Origin: a virus
DNA: 64,000 nt
Direction: 5' to 3' (one strand)
Virus record (IMG/VR): IMGVR_UViG_3300034111_001103
Location: 104,935 to 168,934 of that record
Position 1 is the stretch's first letter, and every line of letters starts with the position of its first letter. The position numbers were made by a program, and so were the translations under genes. Below the pieces are notes generated by a model. That model saw nothing but the letters and a program-made list of their open reading frames with translations, was not told the DNA's origin and searched no databases. Positions 9,040 through 17,900 of the stretch are shown one piece after another.

Positions 9040-9697
9040 CAAAGAAAACTTAATACTAAACATTAATAATAAGACACAACTATATTCTGAACAAGAAGTT
9101 AAAAAAGCTTTAGAAGAATATGAAAAAAACAAAATAGCTACTAGTCAGGTTAGTTTTTGTGCTAATCATGATAGAGATACTCAAGAAGCTATTAATGAAT
9201 ATTATAAAGCTCCTGAACAAGTAGTTTGGGATGCTAGACCTGGTATTAAAATGAGTAATGCTTACTTTCCAACAGCAATTCCAACAGCAAATTGGATAAC
9301 TACACATACAGCAGAAAGAATTAAAACAGACCCTGTTGTAGAAGCTGTAAAACATGACAAAGATAAAGTTAAAATGGAATTGTTACCTCCTTATAGTTTA
9401 GAAAAGATTGCTAAAGTATTTACTTTTGGAGCTAATAAATATGAAGATTGGAATTATCTTAAAGGAGATGGGTTAAAATTAAGTAGAGTTTATGGTTCTT
9501 GTTTAAGACATTTAAATTCCTGGTATAAAGGAGAAGAATTAGATCCTGAAACAGGAGAAAATCATTTAATTCATGCAGGATGTTGTATTATTATGCTCAT
9601 AGAACTAATAAATGCTAAAAACAATGATGATAGACCTAAACATTATGTAAAAGATAATAAAATAAGTAATTTATTAAATGTACATGAAATGGATTAA
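9026..9697 (+). CDS. dATP/dGTP diphosphohydrolase (DUF5664-like) domain protein
   Basis: KHDKDK..ELLP, FGANKY..NY.KG, LRHL..W..GEELDPETG..HL.HA. Confidence 0.85.
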   Translation: MQVDNKENLILNINNKTQLYSEQEVKKALEEYEKNKIATSQVSFCANHDRDTQEAINEYYKAPEQVVWDARPGIKMSNAYFPTAIPTANWITTHTAERIKTDPVVEAVKHDKDKVKMELLPPYSLEKIAKVFTFGANKYEDWNYLKGDGLKLSRVYGSCLRHLNSWYKGEELDPETGENHLIHAGCCIIMLIELINAKNNDDRPKHYVKDNKISNLLNVHEMD

Positions 9698-9700
9698 AAA

Positions 9701-10381
9701 ATGGAAAAAATACAAGTTATAAGTGATACACATGGATTTCACAATCAAGTATTTATACAAGATAATGTAGATTGTATTATACATTGTGGAGATAGTACTA
9801 ATTATTATGATATTTATCATAATCAACCAGAATTTGATGATTTTATTAGTTGGTATTCTACTATAAATGTAGAACATAAAATTTTAATACCAGGCAATCA
9901 TGATTCATGGAGTATGAAAAAATATAATATTGATAAAGTAAAAAGTTTAGGTATTATCTATTTAGAACATGAATATTATAAATTAGAAGGTTTAAAGATA
10001 TTTGGTTCTCCTTATACTCCTACATTTGGAAATTGGCATCATATGAAAGATAGAGCTAAATTATTTAGATATTGGGAAGAATTAGAAGAAAATATAGATA
10101 TTCTTATAACTCATGGACCTCCTTATGGTATTTTAGATTTATCAGAAAACAGAGATGGTCAATTAGAAAATTGTGGAGATAAAGCTCTTTTTAAGAAAAT
10201 ATTAAAAGTACAACCTAAATATCATTGCTTTGGTCATATTCACAACAATAATAATTGTTATAATCAAGGTACTAGAACTATTCAAGGTTGTAAAACTACT
10301 TTTATAAATTGTTCTATGGTAGAAGATGGTAAATTTAGTAAAGGTTTAATAAATAATGGATTAATAATTAATTTAAAATAG
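9701..10381 (+). CDS. calcineurin-like metallophosphoesterase
   Basis: SDTHG, HCGD, PGNHD, THGPP, FGHIH. Confidence 0.9.
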   Translation: MEKIQVISDTHGFHNQVFIQDNVDCIIHCGDSTNYYDIYHNQPEFDDFISWYSTINVEHKILIPGNHDSWSMKKYNIDKVKSLGIIYLEHEYYKLEGLKIFGSPYTPTFGNWHHMKDRAKLFRYWEELEENIDILITHGPPYGILDLSENRDGQLENCGDKALFKKILKVQPKYHCFGHIHNNNNCYNQGTRTIQGCKTTFINCSMVEDGKFSKGLINNGLIINLK

Positions 10382-10384
10382 AAT

Positions 10385-10843
10385 ATGAAAGTAAAAATAA
10401 AGAAACTACACAAAGATGCAGTAATACCTAAATATGCTAAACCTGGAGATGCTGGAATGGATTTAACTGCTATAGAAATTAGTTATGATAATAATGGAAA
10501 TATAGTTTATAGAACAGGATTATCTTTTGAAATACCTGCTGGGTTTTTTATGATGCTTGTACCAAGAAGCTCTAATTCTAAAACAAATTTAATGCTCACT
10601 AATCATTGTGGAATAGTTGATTCTGGATATAGAGGAGAAGTAATGTTTAAATATAAACCTTATAAATGGAATGATAATTCCCAAGAATCTTTTTTAGAAA
10701 TGGTAAAATTTGAAACTTATAAAATAGGGGATAGAGTAGGTCAAGGAATTATACTTCCTTATCCTCAAATAGAATTTGAAGAAGTAGAAGAATTATCTGT
10801 AACTGAAAGAAACACAGGAGGGTATGGTAGCAGTGGTGCTTAG
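10385..10843 (+). CDS. dut: trimeric dUTPase
   Basis: AGMDL, PRSS, GIVDSGYRGE, RVGQ, RNTGGYGSSG. Confidence 0.95.
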   Translation: MKVKIKKLHKDAVIPKYAKPGDAGMDLTAIEISYDNNGNIVYRTGLSFEIPAGFFMMLVPRSSNSKTNLMLTNHCGIVDSGYRGEVMFKYKPYKWNDNSQESFLEMVKFETYKIGDRVGQGIILPYPQIEFEEVEELSVTERNTGGYGSSGA

Positions 10844-10941
10844 TTACATAAAACAATTATTACCTAAAAAAGTAATAATTACAAATCAAAATTTAAAAAA
10901 ATTAGAAATATTATATAACAAAGAAATAAATAAATTAAGGT

Positions 10942-12684
10942 ATGGTAAAAAAAGTATTTAGGACAGATTTTAGTGAAAGTATATTCAATTTTAAGTATAA
11001 GCATGAAAATGCTGAAACTTGGGAAGAATTAAGTAGAACTTTAATAGAAGATGTTTGTAGAGAATATTTATCTAAAGAAGAAAAAGAAGAACTTATAGAA
11101 ATGCATAGCAATATGGAATTTATTGCTGGAGGTAGATACTTATATTATGCAGGAAGAATTAATAAATTTTTTAATAATTGTTATCTATTAAAAAGTTTAG
11201 AAGATTCTAGAGAAGATTGGGCTGATTTATCTTGGAGAGCTGAAAGCTGTTTAATGACTGGAGGAGGTATAGGTAATGATTATTCTATTTATAGAAGTAA
11301 AAATACACCTATTAAAAGAACAGGAGGTAAAGCTTCAGGTCCTATTTCTAAAATGAAAATGATTAATGAAATAGGAAGAGAAGTAATGCAAGGGGGTAGT
11401 AGAAGAAGTGCTATATATGCTTCTTTAAACTGGAAACATAGTGATGCTGGGGAATTTTTACATTGTAAAGATTGGAAATCTATTCCTGTAGCAGGAGCTT
11501 TTGATGAAAATGGAAATCAATTATCTGTAGGAGACTTAAAAGAAAAAGATTTTAATTATCCTGCTCCTTTAGATATGACTAACATATCTTTAAATTATGA
11601 TAATAAATTCTTAGAAGAAATATATGATAAAACTTTTGAAGAATTATTACAAATTTATAAAGAAGGAGGTAAAAATGCTATTTTTAATTTACCTATTATT
11701 AAAATTCCTATTACTTTTTTAGAAAATTGTAGACAAGCTTTAAAAACAGGGGAACCTGGAATGAGTTTTAATTTTTTTGAAAAAGTATTAGAGACCCTCA
11801 GAAATGCATGTTGTGAAGTAACAAGTGAAGATGATAGTGATGTTTGTAATTTAGCTAGTATTAATATGTCTAGAATAACTACTAAAGAAAGATTTGAAAG
11901 AGTTTGTTATTTAGTAGGTAAATTTTTACTTTGTGGTACTATGGTAGCAGAATTACCTTATCAAAAAGTAATAGATGTTAGAGAAAAAAATAGAAGATTA
12001 GGTATGGGATTAATGGGTGTACATGAATGGTTACTACAAAGAAATAGTGGATATGAAGTAACTCCAGAATTACATAGTTGGTTAACTGTTTATAAAGAAC
12101 AATCAGAAGTTGGAGCTAATGAATTAGCTATTAAATTAAATATAAATAAACCTGTTGCTTATAGAGCTATTGCTCCTACTGGGACTATAGGTATTATGGC
12201 AGGAACTACTACAGGTATTGAACCTTTATTTGCTGTAGCTTATAAAAGAAGATATTTAAAAGGACAAAAAGAATGGCATTATCAATATGTAATAGATGGT
12301 ACAGCTAAACTTTTAATTAAAGAATATGGAATAGATCCTTATAAAATAGAAACAGCTTTAAGTCTAGCTAATGATTATGAAAGAAGAATTAAATTTCAAG
12401 CTGATATTCAAGATTATGTAGATATGGCAATTTCATCTACAATTAATCTCCCTAAATGGGGTACTTCATTAAATAATGATACTAAAGTAGATGATTTTGC
12501 TCATGTACTAGCTAAATATGCAATTAGATTAAGAGGTTTTACTTGTTATCCTGATGGAAGTAGAGGTGGTCAACCTTTAACTATTGTAGATTATAAAGAA
12601 GCTATTTCTCAAGAAGGGCAAGAATTTAAAGAAGAATTCTTTGATGTCTGTGACCTGACTAAAGGGGGAACTTGTGGTATTTAA
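10942..12684 (+). CDS. nrdJ: class II (adenosylcobalamin-dependent) ribonucleotide reductase
   Basis: NNCYL, GGSRRSA, TNIS, GEPG, NACCE, APTGT, C-terminal CxxxxxxxC; no beta subunit next to it. Confidence 0.82.
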   Translation: MVKKVFRTDFSESIFNFKYKHENAETWEELSRTLIEDVCREYLSKEEKEELIEMHSNMEFIAGGRYLYYAGRINKFFNNCYLLKSLEDSREDWADLSWRAESCLMTGGGIGNDYSIYRSKNTPIKRTGGKASGPISKMKMINEIGREVMQGGSRRSAIYASLNWKHSDAGEFLHCKDWKSIPVAGAFDENGNQLSVGDLKEKDFNYPAPLDMTNISLNYDNKFLEEIYDKTFEELLQIYKEGGKNAIFNLPIIKIPITFLENCRQALKTGEPGMSFNFFEKVLETLRNACCEVTSEDDSDVCNLASINMSRITTKERFERVCYLVGKFLLCGTMVAELPYQKVIDVREKNRRLGMGLMGVHEWLLQRNSGYEVTPELHSWLTVYKEQSEVGANELAIKLNINKPVAYRAIAPTGTIGIMAGTTTGIEPLFAVAYKRRYLKGQKEWHYQYVIDGTAKLLIKEYGIDPYKIETALSLANDYERRIKFQADIQDYVDMAISSTINLPKWGTSLNNDTKVDDFAHVLAKYAIRLRGFTCYPDGSRGGQPLTIVDYKEAISQEGQEFKEEFFDVCDLTKGGTCGI

Positions 12685-12702
12685 ATTAAATAAATAAATA
12701 TA

Positions 12703-13008
12703 GTGATATTAACAGAAAAAGAAATAAGAGATCTTTTATCTAAAGATTTTAAACAAGTAAAGAAAACTTCTTCAGGAGAAATATTTAATCAATATACTTA
12801 TGATGAAAAAGAATGTTTAAATCTTATAGAGAGTTATATTTATGAAAGAAAAGGTCAGAAGATAGGGGATATTCAATCCCCTTCTTTTGCTCTTAAACAA
12901 CATGGACAATTAGGAGGATTAGTTGCTCAACAAAGATATAACAAAATGGAAATAGCTTTTGATAAAGCTTTACAATTTTATAATGAAAAATATAATAAAT
13001 ATGGCTAA
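12703..13008 (+). CDS. hypothetical protein
   Basis: GTG start, in operon. Confidence 0.6.
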   Translation: MILTEKEIRDLLSKDFKQVKKTSSGEIFNQYTYDEKECLNLIESYIYERKGQKIGDIQSPSFALKQHGQLGGLVAQQRYNKMEIAFDKALQFYNEKYNKYG

Positions 13009-13198
13009 AAAAAATCAATTAGAAGTAAAAGTATATACTATTTTAGAGGAATGTGTAGAAAGTGGTATTAATTGGGGTTTCTTGAAAGCTTTTAAACATG
13101 ATGATGATCCTTCTGAAGATAAAATAAAAGAAGAAATATTAAGGGCTATTATGTTATCTATTAGTGAAAAGTTTAATTTTCCTGAATTTAATGATTAG
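13001..13198 (+). CDS. hypothetical protein (probable start MAKKNQ at 13001)
   Basis: ATG with A-rich leader overlapping the previous stop; ILEECVESGI..G..KA.KH pattern. Confidence 0.6.
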   Translation: MAKKNQLEVKVYTILEECVESGINWGFLKAFKHDDDPSEDKIKEEILRAIMLSISEKFNFPEFND

Positions 13199-13649
13199 GA
13201 AAAAAAAGACCTGTTTATCTTGTAATACTGAACAATTTATTTTTTCTAAAAATAGGTGCAAATCATGTGCTTCTAAAGAAGATAGTAAACCTATTAAAAA
13301 AGTATCTACTAAACAAACAGAAAAGAATAAAGATAAAGCTTTAAAAACTAAAGAGTTACATTCTTGGTTTTTAACTTTATTTGATAAACTGAAAGAAAAA
13401 GATGATAAAGGTTATTTTGTAAGATGTTTTGAAACAAGTTTTAAAATGTATGAAGATAATTATAAATTTAACAGTTGTATATATTCACATTATTTACCTA
13501 AAAGTACATACCCACAATATGCTTTAGAAGAATGGAATATAGAATTAGTTACTCCAGATACACACAGTCAATGGGAGCAAGATCATACAAAATGCCCTAA
13601 AATGTATAAGAAATACTTGGAATTAAAAGAAAAAGTATTATATTTGTAA
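13191..13649 (+). CDS. Zn-finger / HNH-like (NinG-like) nuclease (probable start MIRKKK at 13191)
   Basis: CxxC..CxxC N-terminus, then SHYLPKS..P.....NI......H. Confidence 0.6.
   Translation: MIRKKKTCLSCNTEQFIFSKNRCKSCASKEDSKPIKKVSTKQTEKNKDKALKTKELHSWFLTLFDKLKEKDDKGYFVRCFETSFKMYEDNYKFNSCIYSHYLPKSTYPQYALEEWNIELVTPDTHSQWEQDHTKCPKMYKKYLELKEKVLYL
13616..13646 (+). promoter_or_regulatory. Bacteroidota sigma-A promoter
   Basis: TTG (13617-13619), 19 nt, TATATTTG (13639-13646); shares TTGGAATTA with the 6581 promoter. Confidence 0.7.
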
Positions 13650-13660
13650 ATAAATAATAT

Positions 13661-13867
13661 ATGGTAACAAGTCAAATTAAATATAAAAACTTTGTAAAAG
13701 GTAGTAAAAATACTTTAGCAGGTAAAGAAATGGAAGCTAAAATAGTAGATAAAATAGAAATAGAAGGTACTACTCATTATTTAGTACAAAATAATAAAGG
13801 AGAATTAATTATTATTCTACCTAATCAATTAACTAAAATAGTAAATACAAAAAATGTTAACACCTAA
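13661..13867 (+). CDS. hypothetical protein
   Basis: First ORF after the promoter. Confidence 0.65.
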   Translation: MVTSQIKYKNFVKGSKNTLAGKEMEAKIVDKIEIEGTTHYLVQNNKGELIIILPNQLTKIVNTKNVNT

Positions 13868-14024
13868 GAAACAAGCAGAAGAATTAGTAAGAGATTTTGG
13901 TAATATAGGTTTAGCTTTATTGTGTGTTAGATATATATTAAGATCTACTGGAATAACTCATGTTTATGATTATTGGATAGAAATAAGAGAAGAATTATTA
14001 AAATTAAAAAAAGATAATGAATAA
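13854..14024 (+). CDS. small hypothetical protein (56 aa, not in ORF track)
   Basis: MLTPKKQAEELV...ALLCV..IL....YWIEIREELLKL resembles a common small Bacteroidota-phage family. Confidence 0.7.
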   Translation: MLTPKKQAEELVRDFGNIGLALLCVRYILRSTGITHVYDYWIEIREELLKLKKDNE

Positions 14025-15729
14025 AATAAAAATATTAGCTATAATGGGAGATAATAATCTAAGTGCTTCTAAGTATCATAGATTATATCTTCCTTTAACA
14101 GCCTTAGAAGGTAAAGTAATCAAAGTAGAAGAAGAAGATAAAGAGATAAATGTAGATTTTATAGATACTTTTAATCCTCCTTTAGAAATATTAGAAAAGT
14201 ATAATATTATTTGGAATAATTTTTCTTGTAATATTCCTAATACTATTATAGGACTTTTACAAAGTAAAGGTATTATCTTTATAGAAGATGTAGATGATTA
14301 TTGGGAATTACCTAAAAAGAGCATAATGGTTCCTATAGTAGGTAGAAGTTATGATAATGTACCTATTCTTTCTAGTTTAAGTGATGTTACTATTTGTGCT
14401 ACTGGTACTTTAGGAGTTAGTGTTATTCCTTATAGTAACAATATTTCTATATCCAACAATGATTTACCTATAGGAGAAGGACAATTTACTGTAAGAGATA
14501 ATATTAAAGAAGGAGAAAAGATAGTCATAGGAGTAATAGGTTCTGTATCACATCTTCCTGATTATCAAAGTATTGCTAATGTTATTAAAAGGATTACTTT
14601 AAATAAAGAGATAAAAGAAAAATGTAAATTTGTTATAGCTGGATATGTAGAAAAAGATAAAAATTGGGATAAAATTGTAGCTATCTTTAGTCAAAATGGA
14701 TTTGAAGTAGAATTAAGAAATTCTTTACCTTTAGAGAATTATATGGAAGCTTATAAAGGAATTAATATTGTGTTAGCTCCTTTAAGTGATGTAGAATTTA
14801 ATAGGAAAAAATCGGCTTTAAAGGCTCTTGAGTGCTCTTTATGGAACATTCCTATGATAAGTAACCTAATGTATGCTGATAAAGAATTTAATGGTGTTAT
14901 AGTAGCTAAAACTGATAAATCTTGGATAGAAACTATTAGATACCTAATACAAGATGATAACTATGTAGAAATAGGTAAAAGATTAGGAGAAGTTAACAGA
15001 AACTTATCTAATTTTGAAGGTAGAATAGAAAACTTAAGATTATTGGTAGAAGCTAGTATGAATAAAAAACTAGTATCTGATTTAGAAACTTTAGATATGT
15101 ATTCTATTAAATATAGGGAAGATCAAAATACTGAATATCAAAGTTATTTAAATCAAAATAAAGAGACTTCTTGGAGGTTTGAGTATAATCCCTTGATGAA
15201 TATAGTACCTAAAGTAGAAAAAGAATATGTAGGAGTATTAAGTTGGAGATTTCTTCAGAAAACAGGTTTAGCTAAGAATTTACTTTATAATATGATTAAA
15301 CCTTCTTTAAAAGAAGGCAATGTAGATATGATTAATTTATCTCCTAGAAAATGGTTAAGTGGTAAAGAATATATGGAGTTTAGTGAAAAACAACATCCTG
15401 GACTTGAAAACTTATTAAAATTAATATGTTTAAAATTAGGAGTTATTTATAACCCTAATCCTAAAAATATAGTTTACTCTAATTTTTTCATTCTAAAAAC
15501 TTCTATTTACAAAGAATATGTAGAAGAATGGATTAAACCTGCTTTAGCTTGTTTAGAAGGGGAATATTGGACTTTAGCCAACAAAGATGCTAATTATATA
15601 GGAGGATTATCTAAAGAAGATTTAAAACTACATACAGGCTTAGATTATTACAATATGATTACTTTTGTATTAGAAAGATTAATTCTTCAATTTATAGAAA
15701 CTAAAAAATTAAAAGTAAAAAATGTCTAA
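14017..15729 (+). CDS. two-domain glycosyltransferase (GT-B/GT4-like plus a second GT-like domain)
   Basis: KYHRL..P, EDVDDYW, SHLPD, LAPL...FNRKKS.LK.LE; C-terminal YVGVLSWRF...NFFI...ERL. Confidence 0.78.
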   Translation: MNKIKILAIMGDNNLSASKYHRLYLPLTALEGKVIKVEEEDKEINVDFIDTFNPPLEILEKYNIIWNNFSCNIPNTIIGLLQSKGIIFIEDVDDYWELPKKSIMVPIVGRSYDNVPILSSLSDVTICATGTLGVSVIPYSNNISISNNDLPIGEGQFTVRDNIKEGEKIVIGVIGSVSHLPDYQSIANVIKRITLNKEIKEKCKFVIAGYVEKDKNWDKIVAIFSQNGFEVELRNSLPLENYMEAYKGINIVLAPLSDVEFNRKKSALKALECSLWNIPMISNLMYADKEFNGVIVAKTDKSWIETIRYLIQDDNYVEIGKRLGEVNRNLSNFEGRIENLRLLVEASMNKKLVSDLETLDMYSIKYREDQNTEYQSYLNQNKETSWRFEYNPLMNIVPKVEKEYVGVLSWRFLQKTGLAKNLLYNMIKPSLKEGNVDMINLSPRKWLSGKEYMEFSEKQHPGLENLLKLICLKLGVIYNPNPKNIVYSNFFILKTSIYKEYVEEWIKPALACLEGEYWTLANKDANYIGGLSKEDLKLHTGLDYYNMITFVLERLILQFIETKKLKVKNV

Positions 15730-16162
15730 ACCATTAAGTAGGGAATTTTTGTTGGAAAGAGGTAAATGTTGCAAAAATTCTTGTAAAAATTGCCCCTGGG
15801 GTTTTGGTAAAAGATTAATAGATCGAATAACAAATTTACAATTAGAGCAAAATTTACTTATGTCAAAAGTAGATGATTTAATAAATAAAACTAAAAATAT
15901 GAATAAAAAAAAATATAATTACTCTAGTTATTGTTTAGGGAGTTCAATATCAATAAACAATAAGAAGTTAAATCATTTAGATTCTTCTCAAGATAACTCA
16001 TTATTACTACAAGAAACTGAAAAATTATTTAATAAATTACTATTAAAACATGGTTCATTTGAACTTTATAAAACATTATTACAAGCATATGGAGAATATG
16101 AATCTACAGAAGTCTGTGAACAATGTGGTAATTATGATGAAATTATTAATTTAGAAATATAA
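15722..16162 (+). CDS. DUF5522-like Cys-rich protein with C-terminal CxxC region
   Basis: FLLERGKCCKNSCKNCPW N-terminus; CEQCG near the C-terminus. Confidence 0.65.
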   Translation: MSKPLSREFLLERGKCCKNSCKNCPWGFGKRLIDRITNLQLEQNLLMSKVDDLINKTKNMNKKKYNYSSYCLGSSISINNKKLNHLDSSQDNSLLLQETEKLFNKLLLKHGSFELYKTLLQAYGEYESTEVCEQCGNYDEIINLEI

Positions 16163-16168
16163 TAAAAT

Positions 16169-16624
16169 ATGAATACAGAAGAAAAATACTATGTACCTGA
16201 TAGAGAAGATTTTAAAGAAGGTTTTGAATATGAAAAACTTTATAATACATACAGTCCTCCAGATTTTAAATTAACATCTAGTAATTGGCTTAAAGAGACT
16301 TTTGATGATTTTACTTCAGAAGAAAATTATCTTTTCAATAGACAACTTATGGATAATAATATAAGAGTACCTTTTCTAACAAAAGAAGATATTGAAAAAG
16401 AAGGTTGGGTATATAATGGTAAATCTATAGATTTATGGTTTTATAAAGAAGGAGAATTTGAAAGAACTTCTTATACTGTTTATAAAGTGACATTACATTA
16501 TAATTTAGAAGATAAATGGTTACTTATTTATTTAAAAGATAATGGAGAAGATGTATTAATATTTCAAGGTAAGTGTAGATGTATAAATGATTTTAAAACT
16601 GTTTGTAAACTATTAAATATATAA
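16169..16624 (+). CDS. hypothetical phage protein
   Basis: KYYVP...F..GFEYE...IRV..L..EDIE..GW pattern. Confidence 0.7.
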   Translation: MNTEEKYYVPDREDFKEGFEYEKLYNTYSPPDFKLTSSNWLKETFDDFTSEENYLFNRQLMDNNIRVPFLTKEDIEKEGWVYNGKSIDLWFYKEGEFERTSYTVYKVTLHYNLEDKWLLIYLKDNGEDVLIFQGKCRCINDFKTVCKLLNI

Positions 16625-16627
16625 AAT

Positions 16628-17320
16628 ATGAATAATATACAAATTTTTGTTATCACATATAACGAGGAATATATGTTACCTTTCTTTATAAAATGGTATA
16701 GAGATAGATTTCCTGATTGTAAAATAGTTGTCTATGATAATATGTCAACAGATAACACAGTACAAATAGCTAAAGATAATAATTGTGAAGTGATACTTTA
16801 TGATACTAATAATCAACTTTCAGACAGTAAATACTTAGAAATAAAGAATAATTGTTGGAAAAATGCTACAACAGATTGGGTATTAGTGTGTGATGTAGAT
16901 GAACTATTAGACATTAAACCAGAAGATTTAAATACAGATCAAACATTATTTAAATCTAAAGGTTATAATATGTGTAATGTAAATAATGTTGAAGATATAT
17001 TAACTATTAAACATGGAATAGAAGCTGTACAATATGATAAAATATTATGTTTTAATAAATTATACATTAAGGAGATAAACTATACTCCAGGTTGTCATTC
17101 TTGTAATCCTATAGGGGATGTTATATATACTTCTAAAAGACCTAAACTATTACATATGAAGTTTATGAATGAAGATTTGTTGGTAGAAAAATATAAATCT
17201 TATGCTAGTAGACTTTCAGAAGAAAATTTAAAGCAAAATTGGGGTTATCATTACAAATCTGAAGAAGAAAATATCAAAAGAGATTATCAAAATCACCTTA
17301 AACAAGCAAAATTAATATGA
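16628..17320 (+). CDS. glycosyltransferase family 2-like
   Basis: YNEEYMLPFF, YDNMSTD, WVLVCDVDE (DxD), GCH. Confidence 0.85.
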   Translation: MNNIQIFVITYNEEYMLPFFIKWYRDRFPDCKIVVYDNMSTDNTVQIAKDNNCEVILYDTNNQLSDSKYLEIKNNCWKNATTDWVLVCDVDELLDIKPEDLNTDQTLFKSKGYNMCNVNNVEDILTIKHGIEAVQYDKILCFNKLYIKEINYTPGCHSCNPIGDVIYTSKRPKLLHMKFMNEDLLVEKYKSYASRLSEENLKQNWGYHYKSEEENIKRDYQNHLKQAKLI

Positions 17321-17889
17321 TAAAACATAACTATAAAGAAATAGAAGGTTGGTTTAATATGGAAGACCAATACTTAGAATTATTAGAAAATACTCCAGAA
17401 GGAGGAATATTTGTAGAATTAGGAGCTTATAAAGGAAAAAGTACTTCTTTTATAGTAACTGAAATGGTTAATAGAGGTAAAGACATAAAATTTTTTACAA
17501 TAGATACTTTTTTAGGAGATAGTGGTTCTACAGATCAAAAAGAAATAGAAGCTTATAAACAAGTAAACATTTCTAAAATGTATGAAGAATTTAAAGAAAA
17601 TACTGAACATTTAGAAGATAAATTTACAGTAATTAAAGACTATTCTTGGGAAGCTGCTAGATTATTTGAAGATAATAGTATAGATGTTTGTTTTTTAGAT
17701 GCCAGTCATGCAGAAAATTCAGTTTTTTTAGATCTTCAAGTATGGTATCCAAAAATTAAAAATAATGGTATTTTAGCTGGACATGATTATTATGCTTGGA
17801 CAGGCGTTCAAAATGCTTTTAAAAAATATTTTAAAAAAAATCCAGACAAAATTGAAAACGATTGCTGGTTTATTAAAATAATTAAATAA
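17317..17889 (+). CDS. class I SAM-dependent methyltransferase (Methyltransf_24-like)
   Basis: FVELGAYKGKS, IDTF, FLDASH, GILAGHDY. Confidence 0.88.
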   Translation: MIKHNYKEIEGWFNMEDQYLELLENTPEGGIFVELGAYKGKSTSFIVTEMVNRGKDIKFFTIDTFLGDSGSTDQKEIEAYKQVNISKMYEEFKENTEHLEDKFTVIKDYSWEAARLFEDNSIDVCFLDASHAENSVFLDLQVWYPKIKNNGILAGHDYYAWTGVQNAFKKYFKKNPDKIENDCWFIKIIK

Positions 17890-17900
17890 TAAGTTAATTC

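Noticed and set aside
9026-9697. 2-aminoadenine (Z) genome
   Set aside because: A DUF5664-like gene alone is insufficient; no PurZ or DatZ is visible in this window.
10855-10880. AATTATTAC/GTAATAATT inverted repeat between dut and the RNR gene
   Set aside because: Almost all A/T with no U-tract; plausible by chance.
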